This document shows positions 1 to 11,319 of a stretch of 64,000 bases of DNA, piece by piece. The position numbers and the translations under genes are program-made. The stretch covers positions 71,238,001-71,302,000 of the forward strand of contig NC_134473.1 in the NCBI RefSeq assembly GCF_964194025.1, given 5' to 3'. Each line of letters starts with the position of its first letter. Position 1 is the stretch's first letter. The notes under the pieces were generated by a model. That model was not told the DNA's origin. It worked only from the letters and a program-made list of their open reading frames with translations, and did not search any database. The DNA comes from Convolutriloba macropyga. Lineage: Eukaryota.

Positions 1-2349
1 TGCTCAACTTTGAGGTCGCTTAGACGCTGCAGTTGGAAGATTCGCTTGTTTGCTCTGCTTGTGATGTCTTTATAATGTTCATTCCAGTTTAGTTGTGGCG
101 TCATGGTTATTCCTAAGAACTTTATGGTTTTGGCTTCCTCAATTTGTTTTCCGTTGATGTTTAAACTGAGACTTGTTTGTCTTTTCGAAGGGTTTTTGAA
201 TAGCATGTACTTTGTTTTGGCCGGGTTTATTTTGATTTTCAACTTGTCACACCTTTTTATGAGAGTGTTGAGTGAGGCTTGGAGTTTGCTTTGTATTAAC
301 TGACTGGACTTTGACCTGGAAAACAATGCAAAGTCATCTGCAAACTGAGAAATTTCTGCTGGCGTTTCTGGAATGTTAGAGACATGAATTAGGAATAATT
401 TGGGCGCCACAATGCTACCCTGCGGGACCCCGGCTGTTGGCGAGAACTTCTCGCTTCTCGTATTCTTAAATTTTACGTAAACATTTCTTTGTGAGAGGAA
501 GGTGTTCACCCATTTGATGATTTTCGTCTGTATTCTAATTTTAATCAGTTCATAAATCAAACATAATCTTCAGACTGCATCAAAAGCTTTTTCGACATCA
601 AGGCAGACAAATCCCACCATTTTTGACCTCTGGTATGCTTCACTTATATGCTGAGTCAAAACAAGGAGGTTATTGGTTGTGCATCTGTTTGCTCTGTATG
701 CACTTTGTTGTGGTCCAAAGACTTTGTTTGCTTCACAGTGGTCTAGGATGACATTTTTAACAACAGTTTCACAGACCTTTGCAATAAAATTGGTAAGGCT
801 AATTGGTCTGTAATTTTCTGCTTTCTTCTTGTCTTTTTGAGGTCTCTGAAGCATTGTTACTTGTGAGTCTTTCCAAAGGCAAGGCACGTAAGAATTGTTA
901 ATTGAGCCTGGAAATAATTATGCTTACGAGAGCTTTAATGCTTTTTGGTAGCGCCTTCAGTAACTGATAGCTAATTTTGTCTGGCCCGGGGCGTGATTTA
1001 CTTGTATTTTTCAAAATTTCATTGAACTCTTCAACTTTTAAGAAGATGATTTCTGCAGTTATTTATTTGAATCGGTTTCTGATAGATATTTTGTGTTTTG
1101 TTCTCTCTCGAGAAACTGCTTTTGTAAAACTTCGTTTTCGTATTGGTGTTCTATCATTGTCTCACTCAGAAAGCTTTTGAACATTTCACATTTTTCATGG
1201 TCAGTTAAGGCCATTTGTCTTTAATGTTATTTGTAAATGTGATCCGCTTGACTTATGTTTATCGCTGGTGATGGTTTTGATTGCTTTCCAGAACCCCTTG
1301 TTTCCTGCTTGTTTCGCTGTTTCAATTAATTTTCTATTTTGTCTTTCAATCGAACATTTGAATGGTCTTCTGATTTCTCTTTGCAAGAAATTGATTTCCT
1401 TTCTCAATCGATAGAATGTGTCATCCTTTGCACGTTTTAGTTGCCTCGTTATCTTTTTTTGCTGGATTAATTTGATTATCTCTGGACTAATTTGAAGATT
1501 TATTTTATTTACGTAGGACTGATCAATTGATTTATGAGTAAGCTCGATGATGTTGTGGCTCGTTTCATTCAGATTGTCTTTGTTTGGATATTTTGGTGGG
1601 TACAAGCAGGAATTTTTGTAATTGATTTTCGCATGTTTTCTGAACTTCTTGAAATCGACTATTGCTTTTAAATCGAATTTCACTTGAAGATTCAGTTTTA
1701 ACGAGGTAAGTGTCGCTGAGTGGTCGCAGCCAAAATCTTCTAATACTTGAAAATTGTCAAAATGTTTAAGGACTGAAAGACTACAGAAATGTAAATTAAG
1801 CATGCTCTGGCTCCTATGTTGATTAGATTGATACGTTGGATAACCGTTGTTCAGTAGTTTGAAGTTTCCTTCATCAATCATTTCCAGCAATTTTTCGCCG
1901 TTTTCGGTGTTGAATGTACAATTGAGATCTTGATGAGAAGAATTGAAATCTCCACATATGAATACGTTCTGGGGATTGTTGTGAAAAATTTCAGTAGTAT
2001 TTAGGTCTTAATTGGGTGAATTGTAAACATTGATTATCCATAAGTTTCCAATGATTGGCGTTTCCAAGTTTACACCAATTATTTCTAATGCTTGTCCGTT
2101 ACTGTTTTTCTTGGTATGATTGGTCTGACCTCTTTGACATTTATGCCCTTTTTTGCAGTGATAACTGACCCATGCAAGTCGCTTGATTTTGCTTCTGTTA
2201 CAATGAAACATTTCTCATGTACGAAACGTTTTTGCCATTTCTTGACTTCATTTAAACAAGCAATGTCGATGTTTTCTTTCGTCAGAAACAAGAACAACTC
2301 ATGAATTTTGTTTTCTAAGCCACGACAGTTCCATTGTAAAATTGTCCAT
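1..2349 (-). pseudogene. LINE ORF2 (apurinic endonuclease + reverse transcriptase), fragmented
   Basis: ILQWNCRGL (~2340), IACLNE, GDFNS (~1950), GCDH (SDH-like), YRPISL, LDVEKAFDAV, GVPQGS (~430), QFADD (~340), KFLG (~115), spread over several frames. Confidence 0.92.
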
Positions 2350-3445
2350 TTTGAAGAATTTGTTGGCTGTTAGATTGAATCATGTTTGTGTTAACAGTTT
2401 GCATTAGGTTTGCCTTCTTGATGTTATCGTGAATTTCTTGTCCATCTATCCTTTCGTTAAACACTCTGGAGGCACTGTTGCTAACGACGCTGATAATATT
2501 GCTATAGAACATCGTACTGAGTATGTTTCTTATATTACTGAGAACTTCAGCTACTAGAACAGTAATTTTTGTAGTGGTTGATGACTGAGTGTTCTGAGTA
2601 TCTTTCCTTGTAACCGCACTTGAGTATTTTGTTTCTTGTTTCTGTTTATTTGCTTCAGTCACAGCGTTCTGATATGCGCGACAGCCTCTGTACACTGTTG
2701 CGTGTGAGCTACCACAGTTTGCACAATTTGCTTGTTCTTTCAATTCATTGCAACTTTTCACAGTGTGTTTGCCTGCACATCGTAGACATCTCAATTCGTC
2801 TTTGCAATCGCTTGCTGAATGACCAAACTTTTGCCATTTGAAGCATTGTTTAACGTGAGGTGGTTCTTTACTTGGTTCGCAGCGGTGGAGCAACCAGCCT
2901 ATTTTAACGCCATGTTTGACTGCTGCAGTTACATGGTTTGAGGAATCAGTTATTGCGCGAATCAGTTTTGGTTGGTTTTCCGGTGGCCCTGCTTGTAATC
3001 CGAAGCACCTTGATCACATTCATAGCATTGTTGTTGAGAAGTTCTTCCTTCACTTCGTTTTCTTGTATGCTCTGATGAACATTTACAATTACAAAACTGG
3101 GTTTAGGTTTGGCTTTTGACAGAGTGTTTCTTGCGTTGATAGAAGTGTTTGGAAAGACAAGTTGAAGATTTGAGGCGTTCATCGGACATTCTCTTGTGGT
3201 TTGGTCTTCGGGTTTGATAAAGAAGTCATTGTTGTTTGGAAATTCTCTGATGCAATTGATTTTGAGTTGAGGAAAGTTATTTCTTATCAAACGAGCAAAA
3301 TGAACATGTGTTGGTCTCGGATTAATCGTTTTTATCAATGGTCTGATTGTTTCTGAGTTGGTGTTTTGATAATTTCGGGTTCGTTTTCGTTTGTTTTTGA
3401 CTTGAACGAAGTCTTGTGCATCTTGTTATGTTTCGTCTGCAATGT
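2315..3445 (-). pseudogene. LINE ORF1 (gag-like, CCHC zinc knuckles), fragmented
   Basis: ORF 2315-2893 contains QCFKWQKFGH..C, CLRCAGKH....C, CANCGSSH.....C; ORF 2946-3338 is the upstream PRE_C2HC-like part. Start is approximate. Confidence 0.85.
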
Positions 3446-4109
3446 TTCGTGCTTCAGAGAGAAGTGCACTTAACTGGCCCATTTCGGCCAGCGCCGTTTT
3501 GCGAACTTGAGGCAGGAAGGCTTTAAATTGAGCTTAAGACTTTTGAAGATGAGGGATAAAACTGAGCGGAAAGTAAAGACTTTTGAGCTTAAGACTTTTG
3601 AAGGTGAGAATAAAACTGGAAGAAAAGTAGAAGAACAATCGGGAAAATGAGGAAAAAAAGTCGGGATTTAAAACCTTAAGCAATTTTTAGTGAAAAATTT
3701 TTTTTTAATAAAAGTCTCACTCCCAAAGGACGTTCCTACACAAAGTGGAGTACTTGCTTGTGGCTTTCTTATCACACTTTGAGGTACTGGTCCGAAAGTG
3801 ACATTAATAGCGGTTTAATCATCATTAGGCTAAACGAAACAACGAAGAGATATTTAAGCCCTGAGTGAACTGTTTTTTGAAGAGAACTTCTCAATTTTAC
3901 TTGATAAAGGTCAAAGATCACATCAAAGACTAAGTTCTCGTAATTGCTGCTGAGCTAAAGTTTTTTCTTTGTTTGGAACTAGTATTTTTTAACGAAGAAG
4001 TCAACCTTATAAATTGACGTCTATTATGCCTGAAATCAATGCATTATACCAATGATTACTGCTACTTCAACAGTTAAAATCGTCAGCCTGGAGTACCACT
4101 AGTGGGTGA

Positions 4110-4540
4110 CCCAAAAGGGTGTGTCAACCCAGTGCGCGACTGAAGTTGCTCTGATCTGAGCCGATTTTGGTTTGGGTGGTATGGTACCCCTTACGCGCGG
4201 CGCGAGTCAGTCTGCCCGGGTCGAGGTTTTTACCCAAAAGTACCGGGAAAAGAGTGTAAAGAGTGTAAAAATAATTGATACTTAATATAAGGGTGGAAAA
4301 AAAGTGTAATCTATTATAATTCCACCCTTAATTACACTCTTTACAAAGAGTGTAACAAGAGTGGACAAAAGAGTGTAATTAAAGTGTAATTTTTTAAAAT
4401 TACAATCTTACACTCTTTTCCCCGATAAATAACAGTGGAAAACGGATTACACCCTAATCCCCGCTAATTAGGGGTGGAATAGGGGTGAAACCTCGGCCCG
4501 GGTGATCAGAGTTCACGTGGGTCGCAAATCTCACTTTGGG
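4110..4540. mobile_element. Older CCC...GGG MITE carrying TCTGATCAGA motifs; hosts a nested insertion
   Basis: Begins CCCAAAAG, ends CTTTGGG with imperfect inverted termini; flanks GA/TA do not match, so it is eroded. Similar sequence at 7013-7140. Confidence 0.5.
4215..4502. mobile_element. MITE (CMC/EnSpm-like, CCC termini, 2-bp TSD TG)
   Basis: TIR CCCGGGTCGAGGTTT / AAACCTCGGCCCGGG; TG on both sides; internal AAGAGTGTAA / TTACACTCTT subterminal repeats. Confidence 0.8.
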
Positions 4541-4620
4541 TAGGAAGCAAATATTGGTCATTTCTTGTTTCATTGACATATCTTAGCCCCCAAAACAAAC
4601 AATACTGTCAAAGTTCTCAC

Positions 4621-4820
4621 TCAAATGATTGTTTTTTCGGACGTGGAATATCCGGTTGTAAAATGTGGCGTTCTTGGAGTGGTAGGCGGTCCAGTTGAAG
4701 AGAGAGTCGAACTCTTTGTTGTCCAGAGCCGCATGATTGACCCCATTTAACACTGGCTCAGCGTGACTTGACATCCAAAGTTGATTTGGGTTCCGTTTCT
4801 TGCCACTCGCTTCCCACAAC
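4621..4820 (-). CDS. GT10 alpha-1,3-fucosyltransferase-like gene, coding exon 3
   Basis: Acceptor ttcctgaccag|G in phase 2 joins the previous exon. Encodes LWEASGKKRNPNQLWMSSHAEP...FDSLFNWTAYHSKNATF, matching the GT10 N-terminal R.P.Q.W....ESP....FNWTMTYR pattern. Donor |gtgaga at 4620 is the best candidate but is not certain. Confidence 0.75.
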
Positions 4821-4949
4821 CTGGTCAGGAAAAAGGAAAAGTAATCAACAAATAGTTTGCAGGATCTAACGGAGTTTGGTTTTCATTTTTGAAAGCTATA
4901 GCTAGTTCCTATTGAATTTTTCCGAAGGTTAGTTTTGAAGTTTGTCAAT

Positions 4950-5430
4950 GAGTCTGACACAGATTAAGGTCCGAGAGCATAGGGACCTCTGATCAGACCA
5001 TCTTTGAGAAAGCAAGGCGGGATTGCGACTGAAATTACAGGGTGTGGATCTGTTTTCGGAAGTACAAATTCTGGACAATGGCCTGAGTTGAGTCTGATCA
5101 GAGGCTATTTCGTGAACACCAAGTCTGGACAATAGGTTCGGTTGAGTGTGACAAGAAAACACTTTGATCTGGGATAATCAACAAAATTTCTGTTGTTTTT
5201 ACATCAAAATTTTTGGATCTTTTCCGTTTGTGCCCCCAGTTTAGTGGGTGCATACTATTTGCACCCCCAGAAGCACATGCAATATTTCTTTCATAACGAT
5301 TTACCGTGTCATGACACGTGCTCTTTTTTCTAAATGGTTGGTTAACATATAATGGCTCTACTACGAGCAAACAATAAACTAGCATTGTGATCAGAGACTC
5401 AATTCGAGTCTGCTATCTCTGATCAGAAGC
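4950..5430. repeat. Eroded TCTGATCAGA-family MITE remnant
   Basis: Several copies of the TCTGATCAGA palindrome or near-matches (~4988, 5092, 5388, 5418); termini not identifiable. Confidence 0.5.
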
Positions 5431-5544
5431 AAGAAGTCCATCCGCTAATAATAATCAGTCCCCTTTATAAGTAGAAATTACAACAGCAGATGAAGACGCT
5501 TCCTATGAAAAACTGACTGTGCTCAGATTCGTGGCCAGCAAATT

Positions 5545-7628
5545 GCAAAAATGGCATTAGAAATCAGTTTTTCAATGTTTGTTTTTCTTTCTAAATAGAA
5601 AAACACCTTTGATTTGAATTTTTGTGATTCAAATTTTGGGTGCAAACTTTAACTACAGGATATACTATTAAGGGAAGCCAAACTGAGCGTTTAGTGGCAA
5701 TGTCAAGCTCTCGTTTTTGAGATTTTATCCAATACTGCTCTTTTTTAAAACTTTGGTGAGCATATCCTTATGTTGAAATTTGTTGTAATTTGAAAGTTTC
5801 GTGTGTATTAATGTAAAAGAACACACTGCAAACCCAAATTGAAAAAATTAAAGAACCCAAAAACAAATTGTTTACATCTATTATGTGAAAAATTTATTTT
5901 AAGTTTAAAAATATTGACTTTTCATGCCAATATCCAATCAAGTACAATATGAAAGCTATATAATAAACAAAGTCAGAGGTGGAAAATACTTTGAATCAAA
6001 AAATAACAGTTAAGACAATCCAATTCTTTTCTGTTCCCTCTCAATTGGTATAATTCTTTATTACCGTTGCAAAAATGGCGAAAGAAATCAGTTTTTCTAT
6101 GTTTGCTTTTTCTTCCTAAATAGTAAAACACCTTTTATTTTGAATTTTTGTTATTGATATTTTGGGTGGAGACTTTATTCCTTATGCAAAATAGCGACAC
6201 TGAGAGATTTTTCCGTTTTCACCGCTATTTTATGGTCAGATTATTCTGAGCGTATATGTATCTAAAATGCATTCGTGATCAAGTGGGTCTGAGGGTCAAA
6301 TCGTTGTAGTCCACCAAAGTCAGAGGCAGCGTAAATTGGATGTAGGTGTTGACTTTTCTTGCATTATGTTTATGTATTGACTTTTCATGCAAATATCCAT
6401 TCAAGAACATTATGAAAACTATATAATAAACAAAGTCAGAGGTGGACAATTCTCTGAATCAAGAAATATTGCGAATAAAGAAAAGCTTTTAGGACACTCT
6501 ACTTCTTTTCTGCACGCTCTTAATGGGTATAATTCTTTAATAAATTTGCAAAAATCGCATAAGAGACGGTTTATCGACGTTAGCGTATATTTCTTAAAAA
6601 CTAAAACACCTTCCATTTTGCGTTTTCTTGTTATTGAAATTTTGGGTGCAAACTTTAATCGTTATGCAAGCAAGTGATTTCAAGAGATTGATCTGCGTTC
6701 AGCGCCAGTGCATGGTCAGATTACTCGGAGCGTAAATGTATCTAAATTGCATTCGAGATCAAGCGGGTCTGATTGTCAAATTGTTGTAGTCCACCAAAAT
6801 CAGAGGCAGTGTAGATCGCATGTAGGTATTGACAGTTGTCTGGGTAAAATGATTGCAAAAANNNNNNNNNNNNNNNNNNNNNNNNNNNNNNNNNNNNNNN
6901 NNNNNNNNNNNNNNNNNNNNNNNNNNNNNNNNNNNNNNNNNNNNNNNNNNNNNNNNNNNNNNNNNNNNNNNNNNNNNNNNNNNNNNNNNNNNNNNNNNNN
7001 NNNNNNNNNNNNAGCGACTTTGGTTTGGGACGGGCAGGAATGATTTTATGTACAGAAAATTCTGATCAGAGTTCACTTTAGTCTCACAAGAAAAGATCAG
7101 ACATCACTGTGGTTTTATGGTTTGGGCGGTCTGATCAGATTTAATTTTTGACCTATATATTTTATTCGAGGAAAATACCGAACATTTGCTTAACATTTCT
7201 GCGTAATTGCAGGATATACTTTTAAGGGAAGCAAAACTGAGCATTCAGTGGCAATATCATGTTTTCGTTTTTAAATTTTCATCCAATACTGCTCTTCTCT
7301 AAAAGTTTGGTGAACATTACCTATTGTTGAGGCTTGTTATAATTTGAAAGTTTGTTGTGAATAATGTAAGAGAACACATTTCAAACACAAACAAAAAAAA
7401 TTAAAGAACCCGAAGACAATTTTTTTACATCTATTATGGGAAAATTATTTTATTTTTTAATGTATTGACTTTTCGAGCTAATACCCATTCGAAAACAATT
7501 TGAAAACTATATAATAAACAAAGTCAGAGGTGGAAATTACTCTTACGGTGAATCAAGCAAAGTTTTTAAAACGATCTAACTATTCTCTGCTCGCTATCAA
7601 TGAGTATAGTTATTTATTACCTTTGCAA
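5545..7628. repeat. Modular diverged tandem repeat (modules A-B-C-A-D-C-A-D-gap-B-C)
   Basis: Recurring anchors: GCAAAAAT...AAAACACC...TTTTGGGTG (5545, 6069, 6548); TAATAAACAAAGTCAGAGGTGGA (5961, 6424, 7513); GGATATACT..TAAGGGAAGC (5658, 7212); GTAGTCCACCAAA.TCAGAGGCAG (6306, 6786). Confidence 0.85.
6862..7012. other. Assembly gap / masked run of N
   Basis: Run of N. Confidence 0.99.
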
Positions 7629-8244
7629 ATAAACTCTTGAACGTTTTTGTGGAATTATGTACGAAAACTGAATAAGAAATTAATCACTTGTGTGCTACGT
7701 TTTACAATTTTCTTGCATTAAGTAAATTTTTGTTCCTGGTCCTTATATCACAACAGTTTAAGTAGTTGTTAAAATCAAAACATCATTAAATTGTTCTCCT
7801 GATTCTGATTTTTTCTCGCCAAAATTAACTGCGGCAAAAATTGCAACTTTCGTATAGATTCTATAGAAGGTCCTTCTTTCAAGGATTCTATGAAGGTCCT
7901 TCTTGTGGTGACAAGGGATTACTTTTTGGTCCTGTTGCTCTTTTTTTGAGGTAACAAATGTTGTTTTCAATTTTTGATTTTTAGCGTCTTTTTCCTGGGT
8001 TTTCCCTTGTAAAAAACGAAAAAATATTTCCAGTTTGCTTGCATGGCTAAAGATTTTCAAATGTAGACTATGGGAAAATTAAGGGAAAACCTGTTTGAAT
8101 TCCTCTTTCTCCTGTACTATGATTGTGAAATAATTTTTGTCTATTAATTGGAGTAAGTTTTGTTGAACTCGTTCTGGTTTTTTCACAATTTTGGGTGAAT
8201 TTAAAATAAATTATCCTCGCTGGAAAAAATTATTTTTAAGATTG

Positions 8245-8496
8245 CCCAGGTCGAGATTTTGTCAAAAAATTAATGTATGGAATGCGGTAAAAATAACGTT
8301 AAAAAAAATCACCACAGTGCAGCCGCATCCTTTGGCGGTGAATGTGGTTAATTTTTGTAAGATTTGCGGTTTTTAGCTCATTTTTTGACCGTATTAACCA
8401 CTAAAAACCGTAAATCTTACATCCATTCACCGCATTCACAATTCTCAAATCGTGCTTTCTAAAACAATTTTTAGCGTTGACACCTTGACCTTGGGG
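8245..8496. mobile_element. Eroded CCC-terminal MITE with internal inverted repeat
   Basis: Starts CCCAGGTCGAG, ends CTTGACCTTGGG; internal IR GCGGTGAATG...GTAAGATTTGCGGTTTTTAG (8335-8376) versus CTAAAAACCGTAAATCTTAC...CATTCACCGC (8401-8433); no clean TSD. Confidence 0.5.
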
Positions 8497-8534
8497 TAAA
8501 CGAAATAGCACCACGATCCTCCATTTAAAATTAC

Positions 8535-8940
8535 CCCAGGTTGAGGTCCCAGACGGAAGCAAGTATGTCCAGACCGAAGATGAACGCACGAGGGGGGCGT
8601 CGTGCGTTCAAATTTACATAGTCTGGAAACATCAAAAAACGCACGAAAGTCTGAACATGAACGCACGAAAGTCTGTCGAACGCGTGAAAGTCTGGACATG
8701 AACGCACGAAAGTCTGAACATGAATGCACGAAAGTCTGAACATGAATGCACGAAAGTCTGGTGAACGCACGAAAGTCTGGACATGAACGCACGAAAATTC
8801 GTGCGTTCATGTCCAGACTAAAAAACTAACCTTTTATGCTTACGAGCGTACTCTGGCGAACGCACGAAAGTCTGGACATAGGCAACTTCCGTCTGGGACG
8901 GTCTGGACATACTTGCTTCCGTCTGGCACCTCAGCCTGGG
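8535..8940. mobile_element. MITE (CMC/EnSpm-like) with ~40-bp TIRs, 2-bp TSD AC and an internal 22-bp tandem repeat
   Basis: CCCAGGTTGAGGTCCCAGACGGAAGCAAGTATGTCCAGACC is mirrored at 8900-8940; AC on both flanks; internal repeats of GAACGCACGAAAGTCTG(G/A)ACAT. Confidence 0.88.
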
Positions 8941-9053
8941 ACGCGTTCAACTCATTTTGATTGGAAAAAGTTGACCGGGTATCCATTTTGATAAAGCTTT
9001 CGGTTTTCCATGATTTATTTGTCAATTTCTGAAGAGTAACAAGCGGCTCTTAC

Positions 9054-9339
9054 TTTCTCAGCTGTTGCATTCCGGGTGGACCTCTGCCCACAATGACGTC
9101 ATATTGATCCATATTCTCCACTTTGACCTGTGGACCCTTGTGGAAGTGACAGTTGAAGTTCAGCGGACACTTTGCCCTGTAGTCCTGGCCCACCAGTTTG
9201 GGGTTATCCGGAAGGGCCACCATGTGTACTTCAAGGTCAGGGTCTATTCTGGATGGGTTGCTCCCTTGCGATTGTTCCCCTCTGGGTTGACAGAAATGAG
9301 CAAACAATTTATCATGAACATATCGTATCCGATCGTATT
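9054..9339 (-). CDS. GT10 fucosyltransferase-like gene, coding exon 2
   Basis: Acceptor catttag|, donor |gtaaga, 286 nt (phase 1 to phase 2), GC-richer than flanks. Encodes ...KCPLNFNCHFHKG...MDQYDVIV, resembling the GT10 C-x(3-5)-C...DAV motif. Confidence 0.78.
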
Positions 9340-9649
9340 CTAAATGAAGCGAGTATTTTAACGACGAAAGAGCGAGCACTCAATTTACTTCAATATTTCA
9401 TCATTTATTTGCGTTAATTTCTCAGCTTTGTTTACATATTGCAACTATTTTTTTTTTGGATAAATCACGGTGTAACAAAAGTATTAGGTAACTCAAAAAA
9501 TCTCACAAAAATATACAAAAATTGTGATACGTATACAAGGTCATATATGATTTGTATGATTTCTGGGAAACGATAAAGGGGTCATACATATTTTTATGAA
9601 TAGATGGTTAAACAACCATGGTCATTCCCGGGTTGACCACAATAATTAC

Positions 9650-9785
9650 CTTTCCTGGCAACCATATCAAAGCCATATATGGAGTCTATGGTAACTTGGG
9701 AGCCATATAGCTGACCATGAAAACAAACCAATATTGCTCCAAAAACTCTTAAAACAAACAGGCATTGTAGAAGAGAAAATCTCAT
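9650..9785 (-). CDS. GT10 fucosyltransferase-like gene, first coding exon (signal anchor)
   Basis: MRFSLLQCLFVLRVFGAILVCFHG is a hydrophobic N-terminus; donor AAAG|gtaatt in phase 1 joins exon 9054-9339 in frame. Confidence 0.72.
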
Positions 9786-11319
9786 CGAAAACACTTGAAA
9801 AAAATTAAAGTTCATGATATTTCGGAAAATATATCCAAGGCCAGAGTAAGTTTTAACTGAAGTAAGTTAGATGTGGATTTCGTATATGATATTTGTATGA
9901 TTACTAAGAAGTTGGAATTCAGGTTGCCATTGAATTTAGGCATCGTCTAATCAACCGTACTGCCTCCAAACTTGCGTCCAGGCATGCTGCCTTTGCACCA
10001 ATACTCCGGTCACTTTGGTACTTTGTTAGCTTTATAAACCACATACTGAGTTTCTACACAACCACCATCTAGCATATAAAAATGTTGCGGCTAGGCTCAA
10101 AAGCTAAAGAGATCAATTCAAGGTCAAACCAAGAACTGAAGTTAGAATAGCATGACAAGCAAAAATGAATGCTACATTCTATCGAAGTCAAATTGATTTC
10201 TTAACTTCTGTCAATATTTAAATTTAGTAACAACTATTAGTACTAGATCATCATGCATGGAGTGAAACTCAAGCTCGAACTTTATCAACATCAGCAAAGC
10301 AATTTTACGACTTAACAATGTTGCATCAAACTCTTTGCGATTAGTTTGGGAACCAACCTGTTACTGATACAGATGATTCGGCAAAATTTCTACATGGGTA
10401 ACAAACTTCCTAGGACATGAAATTTTCACCGAAAAAGTGACGCTATATAAAACGGTTCACCTTTCTTTGACATCCTTATCTACAACCATTCAGAGATTAA
10501 ATTTTGACAAGTTAACCCACGTGAATAGCGGCATAAAAGGAGCTCCAAAAACTGCCCAAAAATCAGTAGAATGTTGCAATTTTAGTTATATTAAGCTAAC
10601 ATGAAGTACGTATTTTAGCACATTTTTGAGCGGTGAATTACTTGTTATCTCATCATATTACTGAAGATCATCTTTGTGATTGTACAGCATAACTTTGAAT
10701 TCCTGAAAAGAGAAATAATTTTGATTTTCTCAAAAATTTCTTTATGAAGAATAAAGTTCCTAAGTAAGAGCAATTTTATGCCAAGCATAAAATTAATTTC
10801 TCTCACTGGTTTTAATGAGGCCTAGCCTATTGTCAATATTGGTTTTACAGAGGCCGTTTGAAGACTAGAATTGAGATATTTTGGCGAATAAAAAATCCAT
10901 TCAAGATTTTTCTACGTGTTCGCGGAACTTTGCTACGTAAACAATCTCGTTATTTATTATTGAATTTAATACAATAGACTATTACTATGGAACTAAATAT
11001 GAACAAATTTAAAATTCCGATTTATACATCGAGTTATTAACAAAAAAACTCAAGCAGAATTTGATTGTTTCAATTTGAAATTTTGTACTCTGAGCGAAGC
11101 AAAAGGTTGAAAGGCAAAGCTGACCAATTAGTTATCAGGAGTAATTATTATTAACTATCGCAACAGTAATCTACCGTATAAATCATAAGATCTATCACAT
11201 AATTGAACTGCAATAACATAATATCCGGACAGATTTGAAACCGCTGAAATGAAATGGGCGGCAAAGTTCTCCTTGTCTTCGATAGGAGAGCAGCCGTTCC
11301 ATTTGTCCACTGATCCGGA

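Larger units (their letters stand above)
1..3760 (-). mobile_element. Degenerate non-LTR retrotransposon (LINE, Jockey/I-group-like; ORF1 zinc knuckles plus APE-RT ORF2), 3' part beyond the window
   Basis: Minus-strand fragments in canonical order: ORF1 with three CCHC-type knuckles, APE motifs, RT motifs. Multiple frameshifts and stops. The 5' boundary is approximate; the 5'UTR holds a ~52-bp direct duplication at ~3527-3630. Confidence 0.93.

Noticed and set aside
8577-8880. Short regularly repeated units resembling a CRISPR array
   Set aside because: Units are contiguous with no unique spacers, lie inside TIRs with a TSD, and there are no cas genes in this eukaryotic context; ORFs 8445-8810 and 8531-8770 are repeat artefacts.
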